Positions 41,169-54,164 of a DNA stretch of 64,000 bases are shown here, one piece after another. The notes beneath the pieces were generated by a model, which did no database searches, had not been told where the DNA came from, and saw only the letters and a program-made list of their open reading frames with translations. A program made the translations under genes and the position numbers. Every line of letters starts with the position of its first letter. Position 1 is the first letter of the stretch. Source of the DNA: Eledone cirrhosa (Eukaryota); contig OZ024745.1 in assembly GCA_964016885.1 (NCBI GenBank), forward strand, positions 77,872,001 to 77,936,000, in the 5' to 3' direction.

Positions 41169-41750
41169 TCACACATACAATCAAACATACACAAGCGTAG
41201 GCATGATTGAGTGGCTAAGATGCTAGTGCTTTGGGGTTTGTCTGACAAGTGTTTTTATAACAAGACACTTGAAATGACCAATGAAATGACCAATGCCGGA
41301 AACTACAGGAGCCATCCGTATATATCATTTGTGTGGGCTGGTGTATATATTTATTTACATTTGTGTCTGAGTTTATGTCCCGTCTCTTTCAGGGATTGAT
41401 CAATAAAATGAGCACTGGATTTGATATGATCGGATAAATACATTTAGCAAGGCCACAGTGTAACGACTGAAATCACTAAGAGAGTAACAGAGAATTCACA
41501 CGCGCGCACACATACACACAAACACACACACACGCACACACACACATACACACACACACATACGCGCGCGCACGCACACATAGATCAGTCTTTTACCAGT
41601 TTTAATTTAGTAAGACCATTATTTAGCAGAGTACTGGATCCTTGGGATAGTATACTGTAACTATATTAGAAAGAGTTGGGGACTGATGGCTGAACTCTTG
41701 CCGTTCGGCCCCGACTCTCCCTAATATATATATATATATATATATATATA

Positions 41751-42156
41751 GGAAAAAGTATGACCCCGACGGCAGAGCTCAAGCCGTTTTGACGGCTATT
41801 TCTGGACTAAATTAGAATTTTTAGCCTGGTGAATAAATGGCCGAACTTTTCTTATATGGGAAGATTGTAGTTGTCAAGAGGATTGGTTAAAATTTGTTGT
41901 AAACACAAATAAGTCTATCATGGCATTTGGTGGGAAGTAGGGGTGGCTGAACTTGGCTGTAGAACAATAGGGGAGTGAGTGGAGCGGTCAAGCGTTGAAA
42001 GTAAAAATTCTAATTTAGTCCAGAAATAGCCGTCGAAACGGCTTGAGCTCTGCCGTCGGGGTCATACTTTTTCCTATTTCCCACTCTACTACCCTAAGTA
42101 TTGAGTACTCTGGTGCGTTATGATCCATCTGGTTCCTTACCACAATTCCTTTGTTA
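41751..42156 (+). mobile_element. Family T non-coding repeat with a 70-bp inverted end, between (TA)n tracts
   Basis: 41751-41822 is the reverse complement of 42004-42075; homologue at 58903-59045(-). Confidence 0.75.
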
Positions 42157-42174
42157 TATATATATATATATATG

Positions 42175-42275
<101 letters not shown>

Positions 42276-42871
42276 GCGCGTGTGTGCGCGTGTGTGTCTG
42301 TGTATATATATATATATATCTGAGTCTGTGTGTGTGTGCCTGTGATAGTCGTCATAAGACAAACAATTTTGTGTATACGTTTGTCGCTCTGGCTAAAACT
42401 AAATAAATATATAAAAATGTAGTCACTACGAAGATAAACATCAATTATAGCAATAAATTACCGAAGTATAGGTAAAAAAACTTTCTACTAAAGCTCTAAG
42501 CACTCGTTATTGTCCCAGTAGACCGCAATTACATGCGTGTGTATGTATGTATGTTTGAGCACGACGCACCACATTTAAGCGTCCTTTGCCTCACTACTCT
42601 TCTATTCTCTGCTTAATATGTATACTCTTCCTTCTACCTTCATCTTATTTTTCTCTGCATCTTTCTTTATTCCCACTCCTCTCTATATATGATGCTAAAT
42701 GTTTTATTTGACATTGGACCGGTAGAGGGTTGGACGCCATGCTTTCTAGCATAGGTACGTCCCTTCGTGATTAACTTTGCCTTTCATCCTTACAGGGTCG
42801 ATAAAATAAAGTATCAGTAATGTTCTGAGTAATTGCTGGCCTTGTGCCAAAAGTAGAAACAATTATATATA

Positions 42872-42983
42872 GAAGAGAAGGACTTTACTTGTAATTCTAA
42901 ACAATTTGATTTAATTTTATAATATAATAATATTATAAAATTAAATCAAATTGTTTAGAACTACAAGTGAAGTTCTTCTTTTC
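42872..42983. repeat. AT-rich palindrome of about 110 bp
   Basis: TTCTAAACAATTTGATTTAATTTTATAATAT is mirrored by ATATTATAAAATTAAATCAAATTGTTTAGAA. Confidence 0.85.
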
Positions 42984-45900
42984 CTTTTTTCAAATATACC
43001 TAACTGTACCAAGGATTTCACACATTTTCCAATATATATATATATATATATATAACCAAAAGTTAAACATTGATTAATCAATGAATATAGTTTTACAATA
43101 GATTAGAAGCACTCAACAATAAAAAAATTATGGAGTTATTAATATTAATTCAAAATATTAATAAATATAGACATTCAACGTAATCAAAATATATTTTATT
43201 ATATATATTTCGGAGGTACTGTGCTGTTTTTTCAGTACGTCCTCATCGGATAAAATAAATAAATTGATGTATGACATACCTCAACTGTGCTGATAGTTCA
43301 ATTCCAGTTTTGGCAGTCATATATATATATATATACAAATATCATTTCAGCGAGATCGTATTTCGGCTGTGGCCAAAACCAAGCAAAATGCAACTTTCGA
43401 GTTATGCAGCAAGCGCTCAATGGACTAAAAGAAGACCAGAGCAATTAACATACGTTATAGACACCTGACAAAATGAAAACGGCGGTCGTGTAGTTATCAG
43501 CAACCGGAGCCAAGAAAACGAAACAAGCTAAACAGGTTAACAAATATATTCACCCAGCTTATGCTGACAGAATAACTATGTAGCTTGTGCCCTTCCTATC
43601 TACGGTTAGCTTTCCTCTTTGTTGTTACTTGTCTCACTCGCTTTACGCGTTTTAATTGTCCTAATAACTTAATTTAGTTATTATTGCACCAACGTGAGGT
43701 ATATGATTTTTAATGCAATGAAATATCTATGATCGTTGGCAAATCACTGATGAGGGACTCATTTTATAACATGTTATCCATGTGCAACCTGCAGTATTCT
43801 TCTCCCCATTTTTTCATATATATATATATATGTATGTATGTGTGTGTGTGTGGGGGGGGAGGGGTGTGTGTGTGCGTGTGCGTGTGTGTGTGTATATATA
43901 TTTATATGTATGTATGTGTGTTCCGTGGAGGTGTACGCAGTGGGAAAATGGCTGGATGGGAAGATAAGAGAAAGATAGTTAGGTAGGTAGATCATAGTCA
44001 GTTTATGTAGTTTATCCTCTACAGATCAATATCAGTTAAAACACAATATAATATAGAACAGTAGCTGTGGACCATATAGTGCAATAGACATTAACATTCA
44101 CTATTTAATTAACAAAATAAGATTCGTCGGTTAATTGTATATATAATATGAACCAATACTTTAACATAAGGAATATTACGGGTCAAGAAAAGCAAAAGAG
44201 ATAAAACCGATAGTCAAATTCATTAAAAGCAGTTAAAACTACACTGTATGTATACACTGAGTTGTCTCATCTTTGGATAGTACGGTGACAGTAGATTATG
44301 TCACACAAACCGATCTATATATAGATTACAATATAACAAGCTATATCACTTACATTACAAATACCATTATTAGACCTCTCTATTAAATATAGTTTTTATG
44401 TCATCATTTGCCAGATTATGTGATGACTGAGATATAAGGATTTTAAGTGACAGAAAAGAATGACTACAAAATATTATCCTAAATTAATTAGCCATTTAGC
44501 AAACGCGTACTTTTATTTAATTAAATTTGTTTGGATCACTACTTTAAATATACTAGCATCCCCTAATTATTTATTTTACCCTAGTACATATCCCTAGTTG
44601 ATACATTCCCTACTCTGTCAGACTATCTGTAAACGAAGAGTTTGTTTGTAAGGTAAAGCAACTTTTAAATTGTGATGGTGTAGCCTAAATAAGCCATGCT
44701 TTTAACACAAAGTCTTTATTCAATATATGTTACGTTTTGTTCTTGTTTGTAATGTAAGTCGTCTAGTCTATTAGTTATATTGTTATCTAGATATAGATAA
44801 CATGATGTGACGTAATCTATTGGTGAATGTTACTTGACATATATATTTTAAATAATACAAGGAACTGTTTTAGCTCTATGTTGTAAGTTTTATCTGGATG
44901 ATCCAACTGAGTCTATAGGCCTAGTATTTGTTCCGTCTCACTGCGCTCAAAATTCAAATCACATCGAGATAAAAGTTACCTCTCAGTCTTTCAATGTTGA
45001 TAAATAAAATCCTAATCCATAACAGAGGCTGGTTCTTTGGAAAAAATCGACTGTGTTGCGATATGGAGAGGGATGAGCTGCGCTAGGTTTAAGATGGACG
45101 GCGCCACTACGACTCCACTAAGAGTTGTGTGTCAAGTCTTCTGCTGACTCCCCTAGCATACGCTATCATCACATTTCAGCAAAAGTGAAAGCAATATTTT
45201 TTACTCTTTTATCTCCGATAACTAATCGTTAATAGAATGAAGTTATATATGAATTAAATATATTATAATTCAAAATGTGTAATCATTACACCCAAGACCT
45301 GACAACCAATAATGCATAGTATAAAGAAATGTTTAATATTGATAATACCAAACCGCCTCCGGCTCTATGATATAAAACTTTGTTTGAAAGTATTTATCTA
45401 GAACAGTCTATCACAATTATGTGAGAACATTTGTTATGATATGTTCCAAACACCAGTTCATAATGAGAAATTTAGTTATACTGCAAAATCCCCTCAAATT
45501 CTTGTTTATTCTAGAAGATCCTAGGCAGCGTCTTTCATTAGAAATATAGAAAATGGTTAAAGTTTCACTTGCTACATTTTGTAGAAATGTACATGGAACT
45601 CATACATGTAAAAATACTAGCATTAATTCTAACAGGGTATACATTGGCAGGGATGAGTACACAGGAATAACATATGTCACACTCACACCGATCATACCTC
45701 ATACCTATCTGTTGTGGTCACCACCAAAATCTCCAGGCACAAAAAAAACAAGCATTTATGGACTAGTATTTGGTATTTCATGGGACAAATCCACGTCAGG
45801 GTGCATAATATGGTCTTCAACTACGATACGCTTAGTATATCTGAAGCAAGAGTCCTGAGAATCACATCTAGTCACTCAAATAACTACTTATGTACCATAG

Positions 45901-46384
45901 GTCTGCTATACCGGATATTATCAGTGGCCAAACAATACTATTAACACAACGTAAAATTGCATTATTTTGTAATGAATATAGAACGTTATATAAATATCGA
46001 TTTACTTTTAATTTGTTAGATATAAAATCAAAACACAAAAGAACTTTTATTTTATTTTTTCATGGATTATAGTTTTCTTGGCGTGATTAGTAGGAATAAT
46101 AGCCAAGTTTATTTCCTAGGGCATCACGGTATATAATGTTTTAAGTTGATATTTAAATGACAGTATATAGGAAGCAACGCAAGGTATCTGGTATCATTCG
46201 CAAAGTGGTTAGATGCTATCAGATGGCTGTGTACATCCGCTAAGTAATCGTTTGACGTCTCTGATCGTGTGTGAACGTTTACGATTCAAGAAGTTTGCAT
46301 TGTTTATTAGGTGTAAGGAAACTCACGAACTTACGTAATATGTAATTATTATCCACACACACACACTTATATTACATATGTGAT

Positions 46385-46635
46385 TTGCACCTAGAAAGTT
46401 CTCCTCCAAGGTACAAGTCCGGGCAAGTTTGTGTGTGGAAAACCAGAACTTGCCCATGAATACCATCTCCTCCTCTCCACGCCACCAATATTGTCTAAGA
46501 TTATGCTACAAGTGACATCGTAACTCCTATCTACACCTGAGTAAACTTGAGCAACACGAAATGGAATGTCTTGCAACACCCACTCCGAGAATCGAACTCG
46601 CAACCAATGCTCTAACCACTAAGCCAGGCGCCTTC

Positions 46636-46637
<2 letters not shown>
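46385..46637 (-). mobile_element. Third tRNA-type SINE family
   Basis: Minus strand TGAAGGCGCCTGGCTTAGTGGTTAGAGC (A box)..GAGTTCGATTCTC (B box); 3' end GGAGAACTTTCTAGGTGCAA. Confidence 0.7.
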
Positions 46638-46729
<92 letters not shown>

Positions 46730-46730
46730 C

Positions 46731-46835
<105 letters not shown>

Positions 46836-46878
46836 TACTCATCGTATACTCATATGTATATATATATATACTCATATG

Positions 46879-46978
<100 letters not shown>

Positions 46979-47102
46979 CTCATCGTTTTCGGTGCGCCTG
47001 ACCGATTTAACTCACTCGATATGCAAATTAGGCTGCTCAGCCGTTAATTTTCATAAGGAAAGTATATACTTTCGAACGTTCAACTATCTGGCAGATGGGT
47101 AT

Positions 47103-47145
47103 ACGGTGCTGATGATAGCTAACAAGCTTGAAACTAGTACATCGT
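47103..47145 (+). ncRNA. Type I hammerhead ribozyme (family S, copy 1)
   Basis: ACGGTG-CTGATGA-TAGCT(AACA)AGCTT-GAAAC-TA-GTA-CATCGT; 6-bp stem I; palindromic ACTAGT stem III. Confidence 0.85.
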
Positions 47146-47296
47146 TCCTGTGTCAGTGTTGAACAAAAAGGTAACGTGGTTGCCTTAACACCGTGCGGCA
47201 TAAATTCAGGCTGTTCAGTTTGTTTACAAACGAACAAAGCGGACGCTATAATAAGCGTCCGCTAATCTGATACGTACATATATGTATGTGTACCTG

Positions 47297-47384
<88 letters not shown>

Positions 47385-47620
47385 TGCTACTGTACGTCTG
47401 TATACATATATGTATGTACGTATACATACATACTTACATTTAAGTAAGTGCCGTACTAAGAGTGAGAAATAAAATTTCGTTTTCATTTCATTACAACTCA
47501 TCGTTTTCGGTGCGCCTGACCGATTTAACTCACTCGATATGCAAATTAGGCTGCTCAGCCGTTAATTTTCATAAGGAAAGTATATACTTTCGAACGTTCA
47601 ACTATCTGGCAGATGGGTAT

Positions 47621-47663
47621 ACGGTGCTGATGATAGCTAACAAGCTTGAAACTAGTACATCGT
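47621..47663 (+). ncRNA. Type I hammerhead ribozyme (family S, copy 2)
   Basis: Identical motif 518 nt downstream of copy 1. Confidence 0.85.
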
Positions 47664-48461
47664 TCTTGTGTCAGTGTTGAACAAAAAGGTGACGTGGTTG
47701 CCTTAACACTGTGCGGCATAAATTCAGGCTGCTCAGTTTGTTTACAAATCAATAGCATCATGGGGGCTGTACTGGTAATGCATTTTTCACACACACCTGT
47801 ACGATATAGAAGCCCGTGTGTAGAGAAACACCAAAAATATCAAAAATATTACAAATGAGAAGCAAAACAGCACCACTGTCCTCGCACACACCACCACTCG
47901 TACAATCCAGAAAACGCAATTTATAGACTACATGTCCATCACACAATCCACGATGATTCAATATTGGGTGCCTGGTGAACCATGTTAGAAATCATAGCTT
48001 GTCGTTCTCTATTCGATTCTATAGAGCAGGTTGTTTTTGTTGTGAGAGTTGACATCGTATTTGTCCTTTAATATGACTGTAATCTTTGTATGTAAATTGC
48101 CATGCTGTATTATTATAATGGATGTCAACCCACTGTGGGTCAATATATACATATGTTTCTATATGTCTCTTGTGTTGAAAAGGAGGTCAAGTATGTAAAA
48201 AATCACAAAATAATTGCTCCGAAGAATCCAAACTTAGGTTTGGAGGAAACAATTGTAAGCAAATAAATGATTTAAACTGAACTTTGATTCATGTAATTTC
48301 TATATAACTGCTCTGTAAAACAACTGATGTTGTTACATTGAGCTATTTATCTTACTGGTAATAAGATAGTAATGAATTACTGTCTTTCACTATTTAGGGT
48401 TTAAAATATATATAACTATAAAAGGTTTTAGTATATACATAACCATAAATAGTTTCCTTAA

Positions 48462-48534
<73 letters not shown>

Positions 48535-48568
48535 CGTGTGTGTGTGTATGTATGTATGTGTGTATGTA

Positions 48569-48601
<33 letters not shown>

Positions 48602-48769
48602 TGTGTGTGTGTGTGTGTGTGTGTGTTTGAAATAGACTCGTCCAAACGCAATTGACCGTAATAATAATAATAGTTTCTGATTTAGGCACAAGGCCATCAA
48701 TTTTGGGTGAGGGGAAGTCGATTAAATCGACCAAGTGTGTTACTGGTACTGGGACAACTCAGGTACACC

Positions 48770-50050
48770 AGCAGTCCTGAACCATCCGGGAAAGGCACAC
48801 CCGGGAAAGGCACACCTCTTCTCCTCAAATTAACCAGCCTACAGGCGCATGCTCAGGGTACAGGCCATTCTCGCCACATTCACCAACCGTTTAGCAAATG
48901 CATTTCTCTCTTCACCCTCACCTTCCTTTCCAAGTGAATCTCAATGAGGGATTGACCGAAAGGAAAGTGTCTGTCTTAAGCCCTTTCAATCTGGTCCACC
49001 ACACAACCAATTTCGCTACTGCCACCAGACAGAGGAAAATTGCCTGCACTTCCCGGCCAAAAGAAGACGGTGGGTCGATCTTCACTATTGACTCGGTCGA
49101 TAGCCGGATCCGTTCTACACACGACAACAGTTGTTCGACATAACTCCACAAGTCAACAATGCACGGACACTAGACGAGTTTGTACAGAACGGTTTCGTCG
49201 CTCTGTGCGCATCTCGGGCAGGTCCGTCTGATAGCACTGCCGTGCCTGTAGAGGTTATCTCGAACCGGCAATACCCCCGGTAGCACTGCCAAGTGAGAGA
49301 GTTCTGGAAGTTATTCCTAGTCTTCCACTCGATAGTCATCCGAAACAGACTGGTCAGTTCGACCTCGTCGACGCCCACCAGTAATCCTCTATAGAACACT
49401 ATAGGAAATTCCACTGACCACATTGCCCTTCTGGTAGAGGGCAGTGGGCGCCTGGCAACATTCCAGATGCCAGGCACCTAGTTCGGTCTCTTCTTCACCC
49501 GGAGCTGATTTGAGAACAGCTTCCGTGTATCGATGGTCGACTCTATCGAAACCTTTCGATTGATCTAAATTGATCACAGCTCAACCGAAACCAGGGTTAT
49601 ACCCTACCTCCTCTATGATGTATCACATGAAGCGGAGACTGCCGTGCATGGATCTGGTCGGGATTGCGCAAGTTTTCCCCTCCCCTACCAAATCCTCGAC
49701 GACAAGCGCGAACCTGTTCGATAGCACATTAACTAACTTCTTAAACTGTCTTTTGCAGAGTTATGGGCCTGAAGTTGAATCCAATCCCCACTCCCTCGAA
49801 CAGCCGAGAAGTGCTATCGAAAGACGTCACAGATCTGCTTGGATTCATTCTGCTCGCGTCTGTCACGATCCGTCAAAGACCGAATTATGGTTTTGTTACC
49901 ACGCTGCGCCTCTTCTATACAGGCCCATCGAACAACTTTGGTTCTCTCGTTTCTTAGAGCATGCACCTTTGCTCTGAAAATGCAACTTTCGTGTTTCGGA
50001 TTCAAGAAATGGTCTAATGCCATTCTCGCCGCTAGAACATCATCATTTAG
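48770..50050 (-). mobile_element. Internally deleted Tx1/L1-clade LINE fragment
   Basis: INLDQSKGFDRVDHRY (RT motif), EEAQRGNKTIIRSL, and C-terminal FLCLVAVAKLVVWWTR; frameshifted and GC-richer than the flanks. Confidence 0.75.
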
Positions 50051-50812
50051 CTAGCTCATCTCATTTAGCTACAATAGGCTTCAAGACGCAAGAGGGAGGA
50101 GAAAAGCATTATTAAAGATACCAGCAAAATTATCCAGTAAACCTCACCCTTGCATGATCTGTGGACTTGCTTGTGTGTCCTTGAAGATCTTTAGATGGTC
50201 AAAAGAAAAAAAATGTATGTCTCACATTAATGAGTCTTTCTGATCTGAACTCTTAACATATAACAACTTGATCTTTTATTTGTAAATCGGATTTGGTCAA
50301 TTTGTTAACAAAATCAATAAAATCGTGGTCAGACTGTCTTCTTGGAATATTCTTCCTTTAGAGAGAGACTTAGAGCATCAGAGACAATCGTTTTACTTTT
50401 AATTACAAGAATGAGGATGGTTGACCAGATGTTCGTAAACCTTTTAACAACAACAATTATGAAAGCAGTTGCTTTCGTTAAATGTATTGATTGAGCCCAT
50501 TACTTCACTTAAGTCATAGTATCATAAGAATTCTGTGGGTTTTTTTTATTCCATGCACCGCAGTTTTATTAGACGTTGTTCGGTACAAATTCAAACATAT
50601 TTCTTTCCACCATTTATTACTTTATCAGTTCCCACCGATTTAAACTTGTTATTATCTTGGAGGGAATGATTTAAAACAGCTTGCGTAAATCTCATTCTTA
50701 ATATTTAAGTGTCAGCTTTCCGTCAGGTGGGCGATTTCATTGATGGCGATATTTCTGCGGGCTGTTGTAAACCAGATTTGTAAGTCAGTTTGGTCTTCCA
50801 TATGTCTTTCAA

Positions 50813-50843
<31 letters not shown>

Positions 50844-50873
50844 TGTATGTATGTATGTATGTATGTATGTATG

Positions 50874-52157
50874 TTTTCTCTTTCTCTTAATTTCGAGTAT
50901 ATTTATTTGACCGGCCACCTTCCTGGTGGCAAGGTTGTAAAAGAAAAGAAATTGTCATCCCTTGAATCGCAAGAATGTTTTGCAAATTTTGAAGGTGCCA
51001 GCTATCGCAGCCATTTGTAGACTATGAATTAGGGAGCTGCGCTTTTTGTCCGCAAATCCAAGTTCGGTTATACTTTGGTCCAAGCGGGTTGGTATATAAC
51101 CCGTAGCACCAATAATGATGGGTATGAAGCTAAAGGTGTATCTTGGATACTGGATTTGTAAACTCCTCATCAATGGTCCGTAGATGTCCTCCTTCTCCTG
51201 TATTTTTCTGACAACGTTTACATCAAGTGGGCAGCTGATCTCCACAACAGAACACGTTTTCAATGTGTGGTCCCAAACTACAATATCAGGCCGGTTGTGC
51301 TTTAATTTGGTGGCAGTTTTTATTTTCAGGTTCCACCAGTATTCCTTAGTGCCATCTGTCTCAATATATTCTTCCTCGTTTGTTGTTAATTTTGTTTTCC
51401 AAAGTGCGTTCCAGATGGTTCTAGCTATCCCATCGTGTCTCATGGGGAGGTAGTAGCGAGATGACATTCTTTCGCAGCTGGCAACAATGTGGCTTACATC
51501 CTCGATCTTTGTTTTACATATCCTACATTTATTGTCAGCTGCTGGCCCTCCTCTTTTGTGCAGCAGATATTTGGTAGGGAGTTCTTGTTCCTGTATTGCA
51601 TAGAGATATCCCTCAAGGTCTGATGTCATAAACTTGTCGGAACTCCATGCCAGGCTTTTTGAGTGGTTTATCCCCTCTATGGTCTGTGTTTTACGCCTCA
51701 AGTATCCATGCACAACCTTCTCTGTAAATTGGTCAATTTTTTTTTCTTGTTTGAACATTGAATAGGATCTTCCGATTTCTCTGGGTGAGAGATTTATATC
51801 AGGCTTTATTCCATATCTCTCCTCCAGATCAGTCGCTATTCTAATGATATTTCTTTTTTCATGGTCATAAACCTGAGCAAGATGGTCGCCAACCTTTTTC
51901 CTCTGTTGAAGGTGTTGCTTCAGTGTTACTATCCGGGTCTCATATGTTGTTAATATTGATTTTAGACCCCGGCCACCTTCCTTGCGTGAGAAGTATAGCC
52001 TATCCACGTCACCATTGATGTTAAAGTTCCCAGTAACACTGAGAAGTTTTCGAGTTCTAACATCCATCTCACTTAGTTCTTGCAATGACCAGTTCAGTAG
52101 GCCAAATGTTGGCGTTAGAATTGGCACAGCATAGGTATTGTGGGCAATGTATTTGTT
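50874..52157 (-). mobile_element. 5'-truncated R4/Dong-clade non-LTR retrotransposon inserted in (CATA)n
   Basis: (TATG)n directly at both junctions; short 3'UTR at 50874-50954; RLE-type ORF. Confidence 0.88.
50955..52157 (-). CDS. R4/Dong ORF C-terminus: RT thumb, CCHC knuckle, restriction-like endonuclease (partial)
   Basis: RLYFSRKEGGRGL, AIQEQEL, CRICKTKIEDVSHIVASC, RHD, HNRPDIVVWD..VEISCP..K..Y, IPIIIGATG. About 400 codons without a stop. The N-terminal HTYI run in the ORF track is microsatellite. Confidence 0.88.
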   Translation of the reverse strand, partial: NKYIAHNTYAVPILTPTFGLLNWSLQELSEMDVRTRKLLSVTGNFNINGDVDRLYFSRKEGGRGLKSILTTYETRIVTLKQHLQQRKKVGDHLAQVYDHEKRNIIRIATDLEERYGIKPDINLSPREIGRSYSMFKQEKKIDQFTEKVVHGYLRRKTQTIEGINHSKSLAWSSDKFMTSDLEGYLYAIQEQELPTKYLLHKRGGPAADNKCRICKTKIEDVSHIVASCERMSSRYYLPMRHDGIARTIWNALWKTKLTTNEEEYIETDGTKEYWWNLKIKTATKLKHNRPDIVVWDHTLKTCSVVEISCPLDVNVVRKIQEKEDIYGPLMRSLQIQYPRYTFSFIPIIIGATGYIPTRLDQSITELGFADKKRSSLIHSLQMAAIAGTFKICKTFLRFKG

Positions 52158-52257
52158 GTATGTATGTATGTATGTATGTATGTGTGTATGTATGTATGTA
52201 TGTATGTATGTATGTATGTATGTATGCATGTATGTATGTATGTATGAATGTATGTAT

Positions 52258-52658
52258 AGATGACCCCTTAGCCTTTGTCAAGGCAGAATTCTAGGAGAAG
52301 GAAAACTCTGATATAACACCTGCAACCCTGATGGTATCCAATGATGTTGACTTCTTTTTGGTAAATATCATCTTGGTTAAGAGAGTGGGACTGGCTTTGT
52401 GCAGTGCCTTTGCTCACTATAAAAGCTTCACGACACAGGCATTGCTTTATATCTGGAGATCTCTCTGCACTTGTCGTCACATGGTTCCATGAGCCCAGCA
52501 CTATGTGGCAATAATTGTCACAAGTGTAGTGTTTGTACCAGAGTTTTCACGTCGCTGGCTGGACTAAAAAGTCACACTCGTTCAGCGCATCGGTAGGGGT
52601 TCTCCTACATGGATATAAAGTAGTGGCCGTACTCGAAAACGAGTTGGCAGCCACCATG
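52258..52658 (+). mobile_element. 5'-truncated copy of the bipartite RTE derivative, in (TATG)n
   Basis: Reverse complement of 11016-11422. Confidence 0.8.
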
Positions 52659-52694
52659 TTTGTATGTATATATGTATGCATGTATGTATGTGTG

Positions 52695-53327
52695 CTTAAG
52701 CAAAGACTCCGTTGGAGTGGTGACCTTGCCAGGATGAAAGATTCTAGAATACCAAAAACAACTCTTTTATGGAGAGTTAGTTAAAGGAAAACGATCTCCA
52801 CATAAGACAAAAAAGAGGTATAAGGATTCCTTGAAAGTCTCTTTGAAAGACGCTAACATATCTGTTGATACATGGAAAAATGTTGCTGCTGATCGTAATA
52901 AATATATGAGGGGAAAGTTGCCTTTGAGGCATCTCGAATCGCATACGAGAAAGTAAAGCGGGATGTGAGGAAGGGCATTGCTGTTGCATTTCCAGACGGC
53001 GAAGGTTCTCCTATGGCGCTGACATGCAGCGTCTGTGCGAGACTCTGCCTAAGCAAAGCTGGACTCGAAAGTCATCTTCACAGTCATAAAGTGAGACCAG
53101 TGGTTGACTACCAGGCTGCTTTTGGAGATGCTACTCATCATGCTTGCCAAGCATGTGGTAGAGAATGTAAATCAGCAGGAGGGCTCAAACGACATGCAAA
53201 AGTACATGAACACCAACCATAGCCGGTTATTCCCAGTGAATGTTTTGGTTACCAACTCTGTGCAAGACATTTTAGATCATTGGCTGGGCTAAAAAGCCAC
53301 ATTCGATTGCAGTGCTGTTAATTGTTA

Positions 53328-53401
<74 letters not shown>

Positions 53402-53824
53402 TATTGTTGTTGCCGTTATTATTATTGTTGTTATTATTATTCTTTGAGTCTCAGTCATTGATGTTATTTAACTGGAAAGTTTGTTGAAATGAATAACAAG
53501 CCCCTACCTGCAGCCTCAGATATTCAGGACGTATCGGAGGGTTCTTGCTGTTCCCAGCAAGCATGCCTTTTGAAGTGTTCCAAAAAGCGGGGCTGGACTA
53601 ATCTTCTTTATCTATCCTTGGAAACTCTTTGAGATAGTACCTAGTGCGTCTATGACAATCGGGACGACTCTGACTTCATGGCAGTTCCAAATCCTTTTTA
53701 CCTCCCACTTTAAGTCCTGGTATCGGTTAATTTTCTCCCTCTCCTTTTCTTGCACTCTCGTGTCAAATTGTCAGGCTACATCTACAATCTTTTTTCCTTG
53801 TCCTGATTGTAGATGTATGCCTGG

Positions 53825-53861
<37 letters not shown>

Positions 53862-53917
53862 GTTTTTTTGTTTTTTTTTTCAATGGCCATACTCGATAAC
53901 GAGGGGGCAGTCATCAT
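52695..53917 (+). mobile_element. 3' part of an RTE-clade LINE with three C-terminal C2H2-like fingers, interrupted by (TG)n and a Dong fragment
   Basis: RLRWSGDLARMKDSRIPK, GELVKGKRS..KKRYKDSLK, CSVCARLCLSKAGLESHLHSH, CQACGRECKSAGGLKRHAKVH, YQLCARHFRSLAGLKSHIR. Tail TGGCCATACTCGATAACGAGGGGGCAGTCATCA(TGTA)n at 53884-53917. Confidence 0.8.
53442..53826 (-). mobile_element. 3' end of a Dong/R4-type RLE element in (TAA)n
   Basis: Minus frame FDTRVQEKEREKINRYQDLKWEVKRIW..VVPIVIDALGTI..LQKACLLGTARTLRYVLNI*; (TTA)n on both sides. Confidence 0.85.
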
Positions 53918-54132
53918 GTATGTATGTATACAAGCATGTTTGTATGTATGCATGCATGAATGTATGTATGTATGCGTGTGTATGTAAGTATGTACGTATA
54001 TATATGTGGGTATGTATGTATGCATGTATGTATGTATGCATGTATGTGTGTATGTATGTATGTGTGTGTATGTAAGTATGTACGTATATAAATATATATA
54101 TGTATGTATGAGTGTGTATGTATGTATGTACG

Positions 54133-54164
<32 letters not shown>

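Noticed and set aside
45553-45858. 101-aa ORF in non-repetitive DNA
   Set aside because: No recognisable domain, coding bias or convincing splice signals.
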